From: an uncultured cyanobacterium
GTDB taxonomy: Bacteria > Cyanobacteriota > Cyanobacteriia > Cyanobacteriales > CAWCAG01
Assembly: GCA_963803805.1 (NCBI GenBank)
Contig: CAWDOD010000002.1
Location: 800,001 to 864,000, forward strand
Direction: 5' to 3'
Length of the DNA: 64,000 nt
Below the pieces are notes generated by a model. The model ran no database searches, was not told where the DNA came from, and saw only the letters and a program-made list of their open reading frames with translations. The position numbers and the translations under genes are program-made. Of this stretch, positions 42,167 through 52,526 are shown piece by piece (position 1 is the first letter of the stretch; every line of letters starts with the position of its first letter).

Positions 42167-42826
42167 TTATGTTAGGTGTCTTTTGGCTTCTTCAGCTACT
42201 TGTCCAACTTCATCCTGCGCCAGCTTTTCTATCGTTGCTTGAGCTTGTTCTCCGCCAATGTTTCCTAAAGCTTGAACCAAACGGTAGCGTATTTGCCAAT
42301 CAGAATCTTCGGCATAGGGGATAATTAGGGGGATAGCGCGAGGATCTTTCAATTCACCAAAAGAACCGATAGCTGCGGTTTGGAGGAGGTTGTTATCAGA
42401 ATCCAAGGCTTCTTTTAAAAGTTCAAAACCCCTTGGATCGCCCATTTCTCCCAAAGTAGCGATGATACTAAATTGGATCAGCCACTCAGAAGTGTTGTGG
42501 TATAGTTTGGCTAAATCCTCAAAAGCCTCTGTGATTTTCAAAGCCCCCAAAGCATCTGCGGCTGCGGCTTGTACGTCAGCTTCGCTATCATGGAGTAGGC
42601 GATCGCGCAGCAATTTTAAAGAGGTTTGTAAGTCTTGGTTGCCTAATGTATCAAACTGACTAACGGCAGAGTAGCGAACTCTGGCATTTTGATCTCCAAC
42701 TAGGGGTTGCACCATCTTAAAAGCTGTACCTTGTTGCAACTGGCGTAGCTGATTGACTCCTCTGAGGCGATCGCCATAATCATCAGAATCAAGTAGTTCT
42801 TGTACGGACTCAGGAGTAATACTCAT
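42167..42826 (-). CDS. nblB: Phycobilisome degradation HEAT-repeat protein NblB
   Basis: MSITPESV, DYGDRLRGVNQLR, PBS-lyase HEAT repeats. Confidence 0.85.
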   Translation of the reverse strand: MSITPESVQELLDSDDYGDRLRGVNQLRQLQQGTAFKMVQPLVGDQNARVRYSAVSQFDTLGNQDLQTSLKLLRDRLLHDSEADVQAAAADALGALKITEAFEDLAKLYHNTSEWLIQFSIIATLGEMGDPRGFELLKEALDSDNNLLQTAAIGSFGELKDPRAIPLIIPYAEDSDWQIRYRLVQALGNIGGEQAQATIEKLAQDEVGQVAEEAKRHLT

Positions 42827-42873
42827 AAGCTTATAACATTGATCATTTATGATTAAACATTTATCTTATGTGA

Positions 42874-43305
42874 CTAATAATAGCGTTCCGGCTGCCTATT
42901 TCCTATTACCTTCGGTAAAGCAGCAATTATTTTTTGGTTAGCTTCTGGAAACTTGAATTGGGCAATTTCAGCTAGAGAAACCCAACGTACTTCTTGGGAA
43001 GCTAGAGGTTGGGGTTCTCCTCCTTGGTGGCGACAATGATGGACGATTAGGGAAATTTGGACTTGGGGGTAGGTGTAGTCAACGCTAATCAAATGTTCCC
43101 CTACTTCAATATCAAGGGCTAATTCTTCTTTTATTTCTCTTTTAATACATTCTTCTATTGTTTCCGACGGTTCTACCTTACCTCCCGGAAATTCCCACAA
43201 TCCCCCCAGATCAGCATCATTAGGTCTGCGGTCAATCAAAATTTCTCTTTTGTTATTGGTGATAACTGCAACACCAATACGTTTGTGGGGTAAACTTTTT
43301 TCCAT
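42874..43305 (-). CDS. mutT: 8-oxo-dGTP diphosphatase (NUDIX)
   Basis: GGLWEFPGGKVE...REIKEEL, FPEAN. Confidence 0.88.
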   Translation of the reverse strand: MEKSLPHKRIGVAVITNNKREILIDRRPNDADLGGLWEFPGGKVEPSETIEECIKREIKEELALDIEVGEHLISVDYTYPQVQISLIVHHCRHQGGEPQPLASQEVRWVSLAEIAQFKFPEANQKIIAALPKVIGNRQPERYY

Positions 43306-43416
43306 GAATAATTCCTTGATGGCTTATCTTTGAAAATTCAACCTCTTAATTATTGAGGAATATTGACCAACAAGGAATAAATAGTGAACACTTCTCTCAA
43401 ATACAGTTACTAAAAA

Positions 43417-43761
43417 CTATTCTCCATCTGGAGCAACTGTTTCTACAGCTTGTAGAGATTTTTCAAATCCTAGACGCTGTTCTGCATTGCGTAGAAAATA
43501 ACCACTCATCATTGCTGAAGCTAATAAGCGTCCTAAATGTTCTCTGTTACTGACAATATTGACACTGAATTGTTCTGAAGGTAGAGAACCTAACAAACCG
43601 ACAATATTTTTTTCCATAACCCCAAACACTTCAGATGATTGAGGTTTAGAAAGTTGGGCGATCGCTTCTGGACTCAAAGACTGAACATATTTCCAAAGGC
43701 TTTCGCCGTTACTATCTTCACTGCTAAAAAATTCATGCTTGGATTGATATTCGTTGCTCAT
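43417..43761 (-). CDS. DUF760 protein
   Basis: LWKYVQSL, LLASAMMSGYFLRNAEQR. Confidence 0.88.
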   Translation of the reverse strand: MSNEYQSKHEFFSSEDSNGESLWKYVQSLSPEAIAQLSKPQSSEVFGVMEKNIVGLLGSLPSEQFSVNIVSNREHLGRLLASAMMSGYFLRNAEQRLGFEKSLQAVETVAPDGE

Positions 43762-43988
43762 ACTTTTTCTCCTAAAGGTTGAGTTTTAAATAGACCCCGA
43801 AGAGTTTATTTAACTCCCTAGGGTTGATATTCCGATAAGAAAGTCTTGCTAAACAATGTAACAACTTTTTTACTTATTGAGGGTCTGATTAACCGAACCA
43901 TGAACATCGGATTATGCTACTGGGCATTTTTCGGAGTGGCAGTAGAGTAAGGAATATACTTACTCTACTTTTAAGTACTTTTAGGGAT

Positions 43989-44945
43989 TTAACTAGCTAA
44001 ATACTCCCGCATTGACCCTTTGTGCTTACGTAGCTTAGAGAGTGCTTCCCTTTCAATTTGGCGTACTCTTTCGCGACTGATATTGAGAAGAGTACCAATT
44101 TTCGCTAGGGTTAAGGGCTTTTCATCCGTTAAGCCAAAGCGTAGGGTCAGTACTTCCCGTTGCTGGGGAGTCAAATCTGCCATCAAACGATCCAAATCCT
44201 GTTTTAAAGAAGATTGGTTAGCATAGTCTTCCGGAGAAGGGCCGCTATCTTCTAAAAGTTCTAGTAATTCGGTATCCTGGTTGTCACCAACCCGCAAATC
44301 TAAAGAAAGGGGTTGACGGCCTTTGGCTAGATAGTCCCGTACTTGTTTAGCAGTTAGCTCTAACTCTTCGGCTAACTCCACCGCCGTAGCCGCACGACCG
44401 AGGTTTTGAGAAAGATTTCTTTGGGCCTTTTTAATTTTGTTGAGTTTTTCGGTTATGTGGATAGGTAAGCGGATGGTGCGGCTTTTTTCAGCGATCGCTC
44501 TAGTGATGGCTTGCCGAATCCACCAGTAAGCATAGGTGGAAAAACGATAGCCTTTGCTAGGGTCAAATTTTTCGACCCCTCGCTGCATACCAATAGTTCC
44601 TTCTTGAATTAAATCCAATAAGTCAAGGTTACGCTTGATATATTTTTTGGCTACAGATACAACTAAGCGTAAATTTGCTTCCACCATTTTACGCTTGGCT
44701 GTTTCTCCAGCCTGAATTTCTGAGCGCAGTTTAGCTTCGCTTAAACCCACCGCTTCAGCCCATTGGCTAAAGGTAGGTTCTTCTTCTTGAGTTTGTTCTA
44801 GCTCGTTTTTAGCTTTCTCTAGAGCGATTAGTCTTTGTACTTGCTTAGCATAAAGAATTTCTTCTTCGTGAGTTAACAGAGGTACGCGACCAATTTCTCT
44901 TAAGTAAGTCCGCACTAAGTCCGTAGAAGTCTGGGATTTTTTCAT
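43989..44945 (-). CDS. sigD: Group 2 sigma factor SigD
   Basis: [50 protein letters not shown]. Confidence 0.88.
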   Translation of the reverse strand: MKKSQTSTDLVRTYLREIGRVPLLTHEEEILYAKQVQRLIALEKAKNELEQTQEEEPTFSQWAEAVGLSEAKLRSEIQAGETAKRKMVEANLRLVVSVAKKYIKRNLDLLDLIQEGTIGMQRGVEKFDPSKGYRFSTYAYWWIRQAITRAIAEKSRTIRLPIHITEKLNKIKKAQRNLSQNLGRAATAVELAEELELTAKQVRDYLAKGRQPLSLDLRVGDNQDTELLELLEDSGPSPEDYANQSSLKQDLDRLMADLTPQQREVLTLRFGLTDEKPLTLAKIGTLLNISRERVRQIEREALSKLRKHKGSMREYLAS

Positions 44946-45533
44946 GGTTGCTGGTTTTGGTGGGCTGATGACTAGGGATAGACAAAGGAAACCAGATGCT
45001 GAATTCTGTTTTCCAAAACAGTGGCAGAAAATAATCTGTATTATTAATGAGAAATTCGTTTATTTATATTGCAGCCAATTGATGATGGCGGTCTAGCTTA
45101 AGGAAATTAGCCATGGGTAGAAAAATAACATAAATCTAGCTAGGAATACTCGTTGCCCTTTCTTGATTTCGGAACTTGCCCTGAAGCGCTATGAGAAAAT
45201 AGCTAAAGTTCACTTAAAGGATATTTCGGATTTATTATTAAATATTGTAACATTTATGAGTCTGAAAAAAAGTTCCTTAAGCGGGATCTTAATTTTTTAA
45301 TCGTCTTCCTTTGGGAGGATTTGCTGTTAACAGCAAATACTTGGCCAATTTTAGGTACAGATGAGGCTGCCTGCCTAGGTTTTGAAACATAAGCCTGAGT
45401 GGAGTTTGAAAAAAAAGTAGTTGCCTAATCTCTATAAAGTTCAAGCATTAGATTACCCAACTTGAGCTAGAACTACTGCATTCTGGGCAACAAAATTAGC
45501 AAGAAATACTAATCTCTCAAATAGGTAATTGAT

Positions 45534-46172
45534 ATGAACCAAACTATTTGGATTGCTAGACACGGAAATCGCCTTGACTTTGTTAACCCTGATTGGTTTA
45601 ATAGCGCAGAGCGTCCTTATGATCCTCCTCTTTCTGAGGATGGATTTATCCAAGCTCAAGAATTAGGACAAAGACTAAAATCAGAAAAAATTGGCCACAT
45701 ATTTTGTTCTCCTTTCTTAAGAACAGTGCAAACGGCAGCTCCTGTAGCAGAAATTTTGGATTTACCCCTGAAACTAGAAGCGGGACTTAGTGAATGGTTA
45801 AATCCAGAATGGATGACAAGTAAACCAGAAACTCTGTCCCTACAAGTTTTGAAAAAACATTTTCCTCGTCTTGACTTGAGTTATACTTCTCGCGTAATTC
45901 CTAAATATCCGGAAACTATCGAGCAGCTAAGGGATCGCACTAGAGCAACATCCATAACCCTAGTAGAAGAGTTTAACCAGGATCTTCTTTTTGTTGGTCA
46001 CGGCGCTTCTGTCTGCGGAGCTACCACGGGTTTAACCGGAGGTAGTCCTTCTATTAATGCTAGCTTATGTTGCTTAGTTAAGCTAGTACGTCAAGCTCAA
46101 AGTTGGCATCTAGAACTTAACGGCGATACCTCCCATCTCAGTTCGACGGAATCTAGGGTTCGATTTAATTAA
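45534..46172 (+). CDS. Histidine phosphatase (phosphoglycerate mutase family)
   Basis: ARHG, SPFLRTVQTA, VGHG. Confidence 0.92.
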   Translation: MNQTIWIARHGNRLDFVNPDWFNSAERPYDPPLSEDGFIQAQELGQRLKSEKIGHIFCSPFLRTVQTAAPVAEILDLPLKLEAGLSEWLNPEWMTSKPETLSLQVLKKHFPRLDLSYTSRVIPKYPETIEQLRDRTRATSITLVEEFNQDLLFVGHGASVCGATTGLTGGSPSINASLCCLVKLVRQAQSWHLELNGDTSHLSSTESRVRFN

Positions 46173-46189
46173 TTTTTAGTTATTATCAA

Positions 46190-47221
46190 ATGACCTTAAT
46201 CATAGCTGGAGATATTGGCGGGACTAAGACTATTTTGCGGTTAGTAGAGGTAAGGAGGGAGCCAGAAAACTCTTTCCACACCCTTGCTGAGGCAAGTTAT
46301 GTTAGCGCAGATTATCCTGATCTTGTACCAATAGTTAAAGAGTTTTGGGAAACTACCCAGAAACACAAGCTACCCCAAAAGGCCTGTTTTGCTATTGCTG
46401 GTCCGGTTTTAAACAATACTTCTAATTTGACTAACCTTGATTGGTATCTTGATAGTCAAAGGTTAGCTCAGGATTTAGGAATTGAGTCTGTAACTTTAAT
46501 GAATGATTTTGCAGCAGTTAGTTATGGCATTTTGGGTTTAGATTCAGGGGATATTAAAACCCTACAATCAGGAAATCTTCAAGAAAATGCACCCATTGGC
46601 ATTATCGGTGCAGGTACAGGGTTAGGAGAAGCTTTTTTGATTCCCACAAGTTTGGGACATCAAATTTTTCCGACAGAAGGAGGACATACAGATTTTGCCC
46701 CTCGTTCCCTATTGGAATTCCAATTATTAAGTTATCTGCAAGAAAAATATGATGTTGAACGGGTATCTGTGGAGCGAGTAGTATCAGGTCAAGGAATTGT
46801 GGCTATTTATCAGTTTCTTCGTGATCAAAGATTTACTTCTGAAGCACCGGAAATAGCAAGAGTAATTCAGGCTTGGGAACAGGGTGAAAAGTTACCTAAA
46901 AATCAAGATGCGGCTGCAACTATTGCTATTGCTGCTATGAAAAAAAGCGATTCCCTATGCGAAAAAACTATGGCTATGTTTGTTTCTGCCTATGGTGCAG
47001 AAGCTGGCAACCTCGCCCTGAAACTTCTTCCCTACGGGGGAATTTATATTGCCGGGGGTATTGCTGCTAAGATTATGCCTTTGATGGAGTCAAGTCTTTT
47101 CTTGGAAGCTTTTAAACACAAAGGGAGAGTAAGTGCTGCTATTGAGCAAGTTCCCGTACATATAGTTCTTAATCCCCAAGTAGGTTTGTTGGGTTCAATT
47201 TCTTACGCCCTTGCTTGTTGA
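46190..47221 (+). CDS. glk: Glucokinase
   Basis: GDIGGT, NDF, GAGTGLG, EGGH, SVERVVSG. Confidence 0.95.
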   Translation: MTLIIAGDIGGTKTILRLVEVRREPENSFHTLAEASYVSADYPDLVPIVKEFWETTQKHKLPQKACFAIAGPVLNNTSNLTNLDWYLDSQRLAQDLGIESVTLMNDFAAVSYGILGLDSGDIKTLQSGNLQENAPIGIIGAGTGLGEAFLIPTSLGHQIFPTEGGHTDFAPRSLLEFQLLSYLQEKYDVERVSVERVVSGQGIVAIYQFLRDQRFTSEAPEIARVIQAWEQGEKLPKNQDAAATIAIAAMKKSDSLCEKTMAMFVSAYGAEAGNLALKLLPYGGIYIAGGIAAKIMPLMESSLFLEAFKHKGRVSAAIEQVPVHIVLNPQVGLLGSISYALAC

Positions 47222-47325
47222 AGGAGAGAGGGAGACGGGGAGATGACTGGCTGTCAGACTCTTACAATGATCACTGTAGGGCTTGCCCTTGTCGTAGACA
47301 TCATGGAAAACTGATAACTGAAAAA

Positions 47326-48090
47326 ATGGCTGGTCATAGTAAATGGGCTAATATTAAGCGCCAAAAAGCGAGGGTAGATGCGAAAAAGGGTAAAACTTTT
47401 ACTCAGCTATCCAGGGCAATTATTGTAGCAGCACGTAATGGCGTACCAGATCCAGAGGGCAATTTCCAACTGCGTACTGCTATTGAGAAAGCAAAGGCGG
47501 CAGGAATACCCAATGATAATATTAATCGCGCCATTGCTAAAGGGGCAGGAACCTGGGGTAGCGACGAAGATAAGTTAGAAGAAATTCGCTATGAAGGTTA
47601 TGGTGCTGGGGGGGTAGCTATACTTATTGAAGCTTTGAGCGATAATCGTAACCGTACTGCTGCTGATTTGAGGGCTGCTTTTAGTAAAAATGGGGGAAAT
47701 TTGGGGGAGACAGGTTGTGTTAGTTGGATGTTTGAACAGAAAGGGGTTGTTTGTTTAGAAGGGAAGTTTAGCGAAGAGAAGTTATTAGAAGCTTCTTTGG
47801 AAGGTGGGGGAGAAACCTATGAATTCTTTGAGGAAGAAGGAATTCAATGTGCAGAAGTTATCAGTTCAGTAGTGAATTTGGAAGATTTGCATCAAGCCCT
47901 CAAAGCCGAAGACTTACCGGTTACGGAGGTAGAGTTACGCTGGATACCTAGTAATACTATTGAAGTTAGGGATCTTGACCAAGCTAAGTTTTTACTGAAG
48001 ATGATTGAAGCTTTAGAGGCTTTAGATGATGTACAGAATGTAACTGCCAACTTTACAATGGCTGAGGATTTGCTTTCAGCAGAGGTATAA
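47326..48090 (+). CDS. yebC: YebC/PmpR family protein
   Basis: MAGHSKWANIK, YEGYG, DNRNRT. Confidence 0.95.
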   Translation: MAGHSKWANIKRQKARVDAKKGKTFTQLSRAIIVAARNGVPDPEGNFQLRTAIEKAKAAGIPNDNINRAIAKGAGTWGSDEDKLEEIRYEGYGAGGVAILIEALSDNRNRTAADLRAAFSKNGGNLGETGCVSWMFEQKGVVCLEGKFSEEKLLEASLEGGGETYEFFEEEGIQCAEVISSVVNLEDLHQALKAEDLPVTEVELRWIPSNTIEVRDLDQAKFLLKMIEALEALDDVQNVTANFTMAEDLLSAEV

Positions 48091-48093
48091 AAT

Positions 48094-48651
48094 ATGAATA
48101 CGAAAGAATTTCAACAGTTCTTCAATAGCTGTGTTGGCAAGTGGCAAGCAGAACGCACTTACCATTATTTAACTCATCAGGAAGTAGAAAGATCCCGTAC
48201 AGAATTTGTGGTTAAGCCCTTGAATTCGGAAGGCAAGAATAAAGTTTTAACTGATAACGAATATACCTATAGTTCTGAGTTGGAAAATTTGCCAGGTTTT
48301 AATTTAAGTTTCTACACTATTTCCGAGAAAGGCGAAGAGGTGAGTCAGGAGTTAAATTTGTTGTTTGTCCCTAAAGTTGAAAAAGCAGGGATCTTAGAGG
48401 GAGATTATTTACGCGATCGCGCCTACGAAGAAGCTAGACCAATTATTTCTCATTTTAGCTTCAATCCAATAACTAAAGAGTTATTGATGACGACTAATTA
48501 TACTCGCGTTGTTTCAGTGGATTCAATTATTTTAGTTAATCGTGATCTTCGCCTGAGAAAAATTGTTAACTACCAGCGTCCTTTAGAAGGAAAAGTTTTA
48601 GATAAGGTTATGTTAGTGGGATTTGGCTTAGAACAAAAGTTAGCAGTGTAA
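48094..48651 (+). CDS. CpcS/CpeS-family phycobiliprotein lyase-like protein
   Basis: FF..CVGKW..ERTYH, LRDRAYEE. Confidence 0.8.
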   Translation: MNTKEFQQFFNSCVGKWQAERTYHYLTHQEVERSRTEFVVKPLNSEGKNKVLTDNEYTYSSELENLPGFNLSFYTISEKGEEVSQELNLLFVPKVEKAGILEGDYLRDRAYEEARPIISHFSFNPITKELLMTTNYTRVVSVDSIILVNRDLRLRKIVNYQRPLEGKVLDKVMLVGFGLEQKLAV

Positions 48652-48666
48652 AAATCCTCAGTAGTT

Positions 48667-49551
48667 ATGAAAACCAAGTTCAAAAACAGGTTAAAAGCAG
48701 CCGTTAAATCTTTCCTTAACCCAGTTGTACCTCCCAAAATAGTCATTCAAAAACAAGTGCCAGAACCTTTAGAGGTAATGGAAAATCAGCTTTTGAATGG
48801 CAAAAATGTTTTGATTGTGGGGGTTGGGAAAAATATCGGTAGAAGTATTGCTTTGGAAATGGCCAAACAAGGTGCAAATATTTTTTTTGCTGATATTGCC
48901 CAAGAAACCTGTAGGAGCTTAGAACAAGAATTAAAACCTTCTGGTGTAATAGCAAAAGGATTCCATTTGGATGTTTCAAAACCCAAGGAAATTGATTCTT
49001 TAGTTAGTTGGTTGGGAGAACATCAAACTAAAATTGATATTTTAATTAATAATGTCGGGATTCAGTTTGAGACAGTGGGGTTGAAAAACCTTGAACCAAA
49101 AGAATGGAATCAAACATTTAATACTAATGTTTTTGGCCCTGCTTATTTAACGAAATTGATCTCCGAAAAGATGATCAAAGAACAGATTCAAGGTTCTATC
49201 ATTTTTATGACTTCTATGTATCAATGGGACGTAGTACGTTGGCCTAGTTACAGTAGCTCAAAAGCTGCCTTGGGAATGTTAATTAAAGAGTTGGCAGTAG
49301 AATTGGCCCCGAAAGGGATTAGAGTCAATGGTATTGCGCCAGGTTGGGTTGCAGAAGATCAACAAGGAAACCCTTTATATCACGAATATACTCTCCTCCA
49401 TCAAAGTTCAATTAATCCTAGCTATATTGGTCGAGGGGTTGTGTATTTAGCTTCAGATTATTTTTCCATGTTTACCACAGGAACAGTTCTTAAAATTGAT
49501 GCTGGAGTGTCATTATATAATTCTCGTGTTATACAAAATCCGCCTCAGTAG
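48667..49551 (+). CDS. Short-chain dehydrogenase/reductase
   Basis: GVGKNIG, NNVG, YSSSK, IRVNGIAPG. Confidence 0.92.
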   Translation: MKTKFKNRLKAAVKSFLNPVVPPKIVIQKQVPEPLEVMENQLLNGKNVLIVGVGKNIGRSIALEMAKQGANIFFADIAQETCRSLEQELKPSGVIAKGFHLDVSKPKEIDSLVSWLGEHQTKIDILINNVGIQFETVGLKNLEPKEWNQTFNTNVFGPAYLTKLISEKMIKEQIQGSIIFMTSMYQWDVVRWPSYSSSKAALGMLIKELAVELAPKGIRVNGIAPGWVAEDQQGNPLYHEYTLLHQSSINPSYIGRGVVYLASDYFSMFTTGTVLKIDAGVSLYNSRVIQNPPQ

Positions 49552-49627
49552 AAAGAAATTTTTGGGTAGCTTTCTGTTATTAGCTTTGGGCTTTTGGCTA
49601 CATTATTGTACTAACCATCAAAGACAA

Positions 49628-50560
49628 ATGACTCGAATTAAAACTTGGCTAAAAAAACAGTTCGAGAATCGATTTGTTGCTAATCCTTTCCAGGAAAAGT
49701 CTCAAGGTTTTACTAATCTTTTCCCTCAAAAACCTAAAATAGAGCGTATAGCAACAGGGTTTCAATTTACAGAAGGCCCTGTCTGGTTTGCGGAACAAGA
49801 GTATCTTTTATTTAGCGATATTCCAGCTAATAAAATCTATAAATTAAGTTGTGATCACAACTTAACAATTTTCCGAGAATCTAGCAACCATGCCAACGGA
49901 TTAACCAGAGATAAACAAGGCAGACTGATTACTTGCGAACATGAAACCCGTCAAATTACTCGCACTGAAAAAGATGGTTCTATTACTGTATTAGTAGATA
50001 GATTCCAAAGCAAAAAACTCAATAGTCCTAATGATGTTGTAGTCAAAAGCGACGGTTTTATTTATTTCACAGATCCACCTTATGGAATTGAATTAAAACA
50101 ACAAGAACAACCTATCCAGGGTGTTTATCGACTTTCTCCTGATGGCAAGGAAATTATCCTCGTTGCCGCTGATTTTGCTAAACCTAATGGCTTAGCTTTT
50201 TCCCCAGATGAGAAACAGCTTTACATTAATGATTCAGAACATCATCACCTAAGAATATTCGATGTTCAATCTGATGGTAATCTTACTAATAGCCATGTTT
50301 TTTATGACATGAAAACCGACAAGGAAGGTTTACCGGATGGGATGAAAGTAGATATAGAAGGACATATTTATTGTACGGGGGGAGGTGGAATCTGGGTTTT
50401 CGATTCAGTCGGTAATCATTTAGGAACTATTGTCACCCCAGAAATAGCGGCAAATTGTGCTTGGGGAGATCAAGATTTGCGGAGTCTTTATATTACTGCC
50501 CGAACTTCACTCTACAGAATTCGAGTCAATATTCCAGGTGTTCCTAATTTTTTAAAATAG
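49628..50560 (+). CDS. SMP-30/gluconolactonase family protein
   Basis: FTEGPVW, FSDIP, NSPND, PNGLAFSPD, PDGMKVD. Confidence 0.93.
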   Translation: MTRIKTWLKKQFENRFVANPFQEKSQGFTNLFPQKPKIERIATGFQFTEGPVWFAEQEYLLFSDIPANKIYKLSCDHNLTIFRESSNHANGLTRDKQGRLITCEHETRQITRTEKDGSITVLVDRFQSKKLNSPNDVVVKSDGFIYFTDPPYGIELKQQEQPIQGVYRLSPDGKEIILVAADFAKPNGLAFSPDEKQLYINDSEHHHLRIFDVQSDGNLTNSHVFYDMKTDKEGLPDGMKVDIEGHIYCTGGGGIWVFDSVGNHLGTIVTPEIAANCAWGDQDLRSLYITARTSLYRIRVNIPGVPNFLK

Positions 50561-50565
50561 ACTTA

Positions 50566-51570
50566 ATGTTCAACTATATTCTTAAACGTTCCCTTAGTTT
50601 GATTCCGGTAATTTTAGGTATTACCCTTTTAGTATTTTGCTTACTTCACCTCATCCCTGGTGATCCGGCAACGGTTTTGTTAGGAGAAAGGGCAACTCCT
50701 GAAGGTTTAGTAGCTTTAAGGGAACAATTAGGCTTAAATGACCCTTTGCCTCAACAATATCTTACTTTTTTAGGTCAGTTAATTACCTTAAAATTAGGTA
50801 CAAGTATTATTAGCGGTATTCCCATTACAGAAGAAATTGCTAGTCGGTTTCCTGCTACTTTTGAACTTTCCTTTGCAGCCATTTCCGTAGCGATTATTGT
50901 GGGTATTCCTTTAGGAATTGTTGCCGCCATTGACAAGGATAGTTGGTGGGATAATTTAGCGATGAGTGGCTCATTAGTTGGGGTATCGATGCCAGTTTAT
51001 TGGTTAGGTTTACTATTGATTTATTTATTTGCAGTTAACTTACAATGGCTTCCTCCTAGCGGCAGAATTAGCACCACCCAAAGCTTCAATTTTCAACCTA
51101 TTACCCAGTTTTATCTTTTAGATGCTTTAATTCAAATGAATTTACCAGCTTTAGGAGATATTTTAGCCCACTTAATTCTCCCGGCTTTAGCATTAGGAAC
51201 AATTCCTTTAGCCATACTTGCTAGAATAACTCGTTCGGCGATGTTAGAAGTTATTTCTCAAGATTATATTCGCACTGCTAGGGCAAAAGGAGTTAAGGAA
51301 ATTTGGATTATTTTACGCCATGCCCTCAAAAATGCTTTTTTACCGATTAGTACGATTATTGGTTTGCAATTCGGTACTCTATTAGGAGGGGCAATTCTGA
51401 CAGAAACAATCTTTTCTTGGCCGGGAATTGGTACTTGGATTTATGAAGGAATCCTCGCTAGAGATTATCCTGTAGTGCAAGGTGGTGTCGTTTTTATTGC
51501 GATCGCTTTTGTGACTATTAATCTTTTAGTAGATATTTCCTACGCCTTTTTTGATCCGAGAATTCAATGA
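50566..51570 (+). CDS. Peptide ABC transporter permease (DppB/OppB-like)
   Basis: PGDPA, DYIRTARAKG, RHALKNA, RDYPVVQG, DPRI. Confidence 0.93.
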   Translation: MFNYILKRSLSLIPVILGITLLVFCLLHLIPGDPATVLLGERATPEGLVALREQLGLNDPLPQQYLTFLGQLITLKLGTSIISGIPITEEIASRFPATFELSFAAISVAIIVGIPLGIVAAIDKDSWWDNLAMSGSLVGVSMPVYWLGLLLIYLFAVNLQWLPPSGRISTTQSFNFQPITQFYLLDALIQMNLPALGDILAHLILPALALGTIPLAILARITRSAMLEVISQDYIRTARAKGVKEIWIILRHALKNAFLPISTIIGLQFGTLLGGAILTETIFSWPGIGTWIYEGILARDYPVVQGGVVFIAIAFVTINLLVDISYAFFDPRIQ

Positions 51571-51700
51571 AGACGAAGTAATAGCTAATAGCCATTTTTA
51601 TAAATTACTTTATAAGTAGTCTAAATAACTTTAGCTGACTATAAACCACTTATCTTGTCAAGAAAATTATGATTATAAAAATTGTAATTAACTTATTTAT

Positions 51701-51725
51701 AATGTAGCGAAATGTAACTTAGTAT
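51701..51725. promoter_or_regulatory. HLR1 (RpaB) box with adjacent -10 element
   Basis: Minus strand GTTACATT-tc-GCTACATT (51701-51718) fits (G/T)TTACA(T/A)(T/A)-N2 direct repeat at 15/16; TAGTAT at 51720-51725. Confidence 0.7.
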
Positions 51726-51730
51726 GAAAA

Positions 51731-52028
51731 CTAAGGACAAGAATGAAAAGTATGATGATCGCCTATAAAAATGAATTTCCCATTTTTGATAAAGAAAGTA
51801 ATCTCCAAATCAAAACGAGAACGGAAATAAAAGACTTTATGAAAAGAGGATAAATGTCCACACTTGCAAAGCATTCCCTGCTGTTGCAGCCATTCCAAAA
51901 TGATTGTATCGGACAGTCCGGCAAATCTTTGTTCAATTGCGTAGGCTTGGGAGCGAAGATCAATTAGAGGAAAGGTTAATACTCAATACTTCATTGTTTC
52001 TAGTTGTTTTCTGGAGAAGCCTATTTTT
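51731..52028 (+). ncRNA. psrR1: PsrR1 (SyR1)-like small RNA, ends approximate
   Basis: Blocks CGGAAATAAAAGACT (51822-51836), ATGTCCACAC (51854-51863), CGGACAGTCCGGCAAA (51910-51925) resemble PsrR1 blocks as recalled, not searched; HLR1 box upstream. Confidence 0.6.
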
Positions 52029-52187
52029 GAGTAAAAGTTTGTTACCTGATTTTTATGATCGGATTAGGAGTTTTACGTTAACCTGACTAGGTTAGGGAGA
52101 ATTCGAGAGATGATTTCCTAAGATTGCTTTGAGCAAAACTATGTGCTATTAGCTAGGGATATCACTAGGTTAATAAGGTATTTAAGT

Positions 52188-52499
52188 ATGTCAGGGGAAA
52201 AACCGGGCAAAACACAGACTGAAGATAATATCATCTTACCGCCGGAAACATCTCTAGGAAAAGTGCCAACCAGAGAAAATTCTGATTTAGTTATTACGGT
52301 AGAAAAAATTAGTAAAATCATTTCTCCCTATTTTGTAGCCCTCTTGGGCTTATATCTCTATCGAGACAATGGTTTATTTGGTACTATTCTGATCACTATT
52401 GGTATGATTACTTTACTCAAAATCTCTTCTCAAGATGTCATTAGTTTTGTGGTAAGAGTAAGAAATATTTTAGGATTAAATGAAAAAACAAATTCTTAA
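52188..52499 (+). CDS. Hypothetical small membrane protein
   Basis: ATG 52188; two hydrophobic segments. Confidence 0.75.
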   Translation: MSGEKPGKTQTEDNIILPPETSLGKVPTRENSDLVITVEKISKIISPYFVALLGLYLYRDNGLFGTILITIGMITLLKISSQDVISFVVRVRNILGLNEKTNS

Positions 52500-52526
52500 A
52501 GCTAAATAAGATTTCAAGAAGTACTA

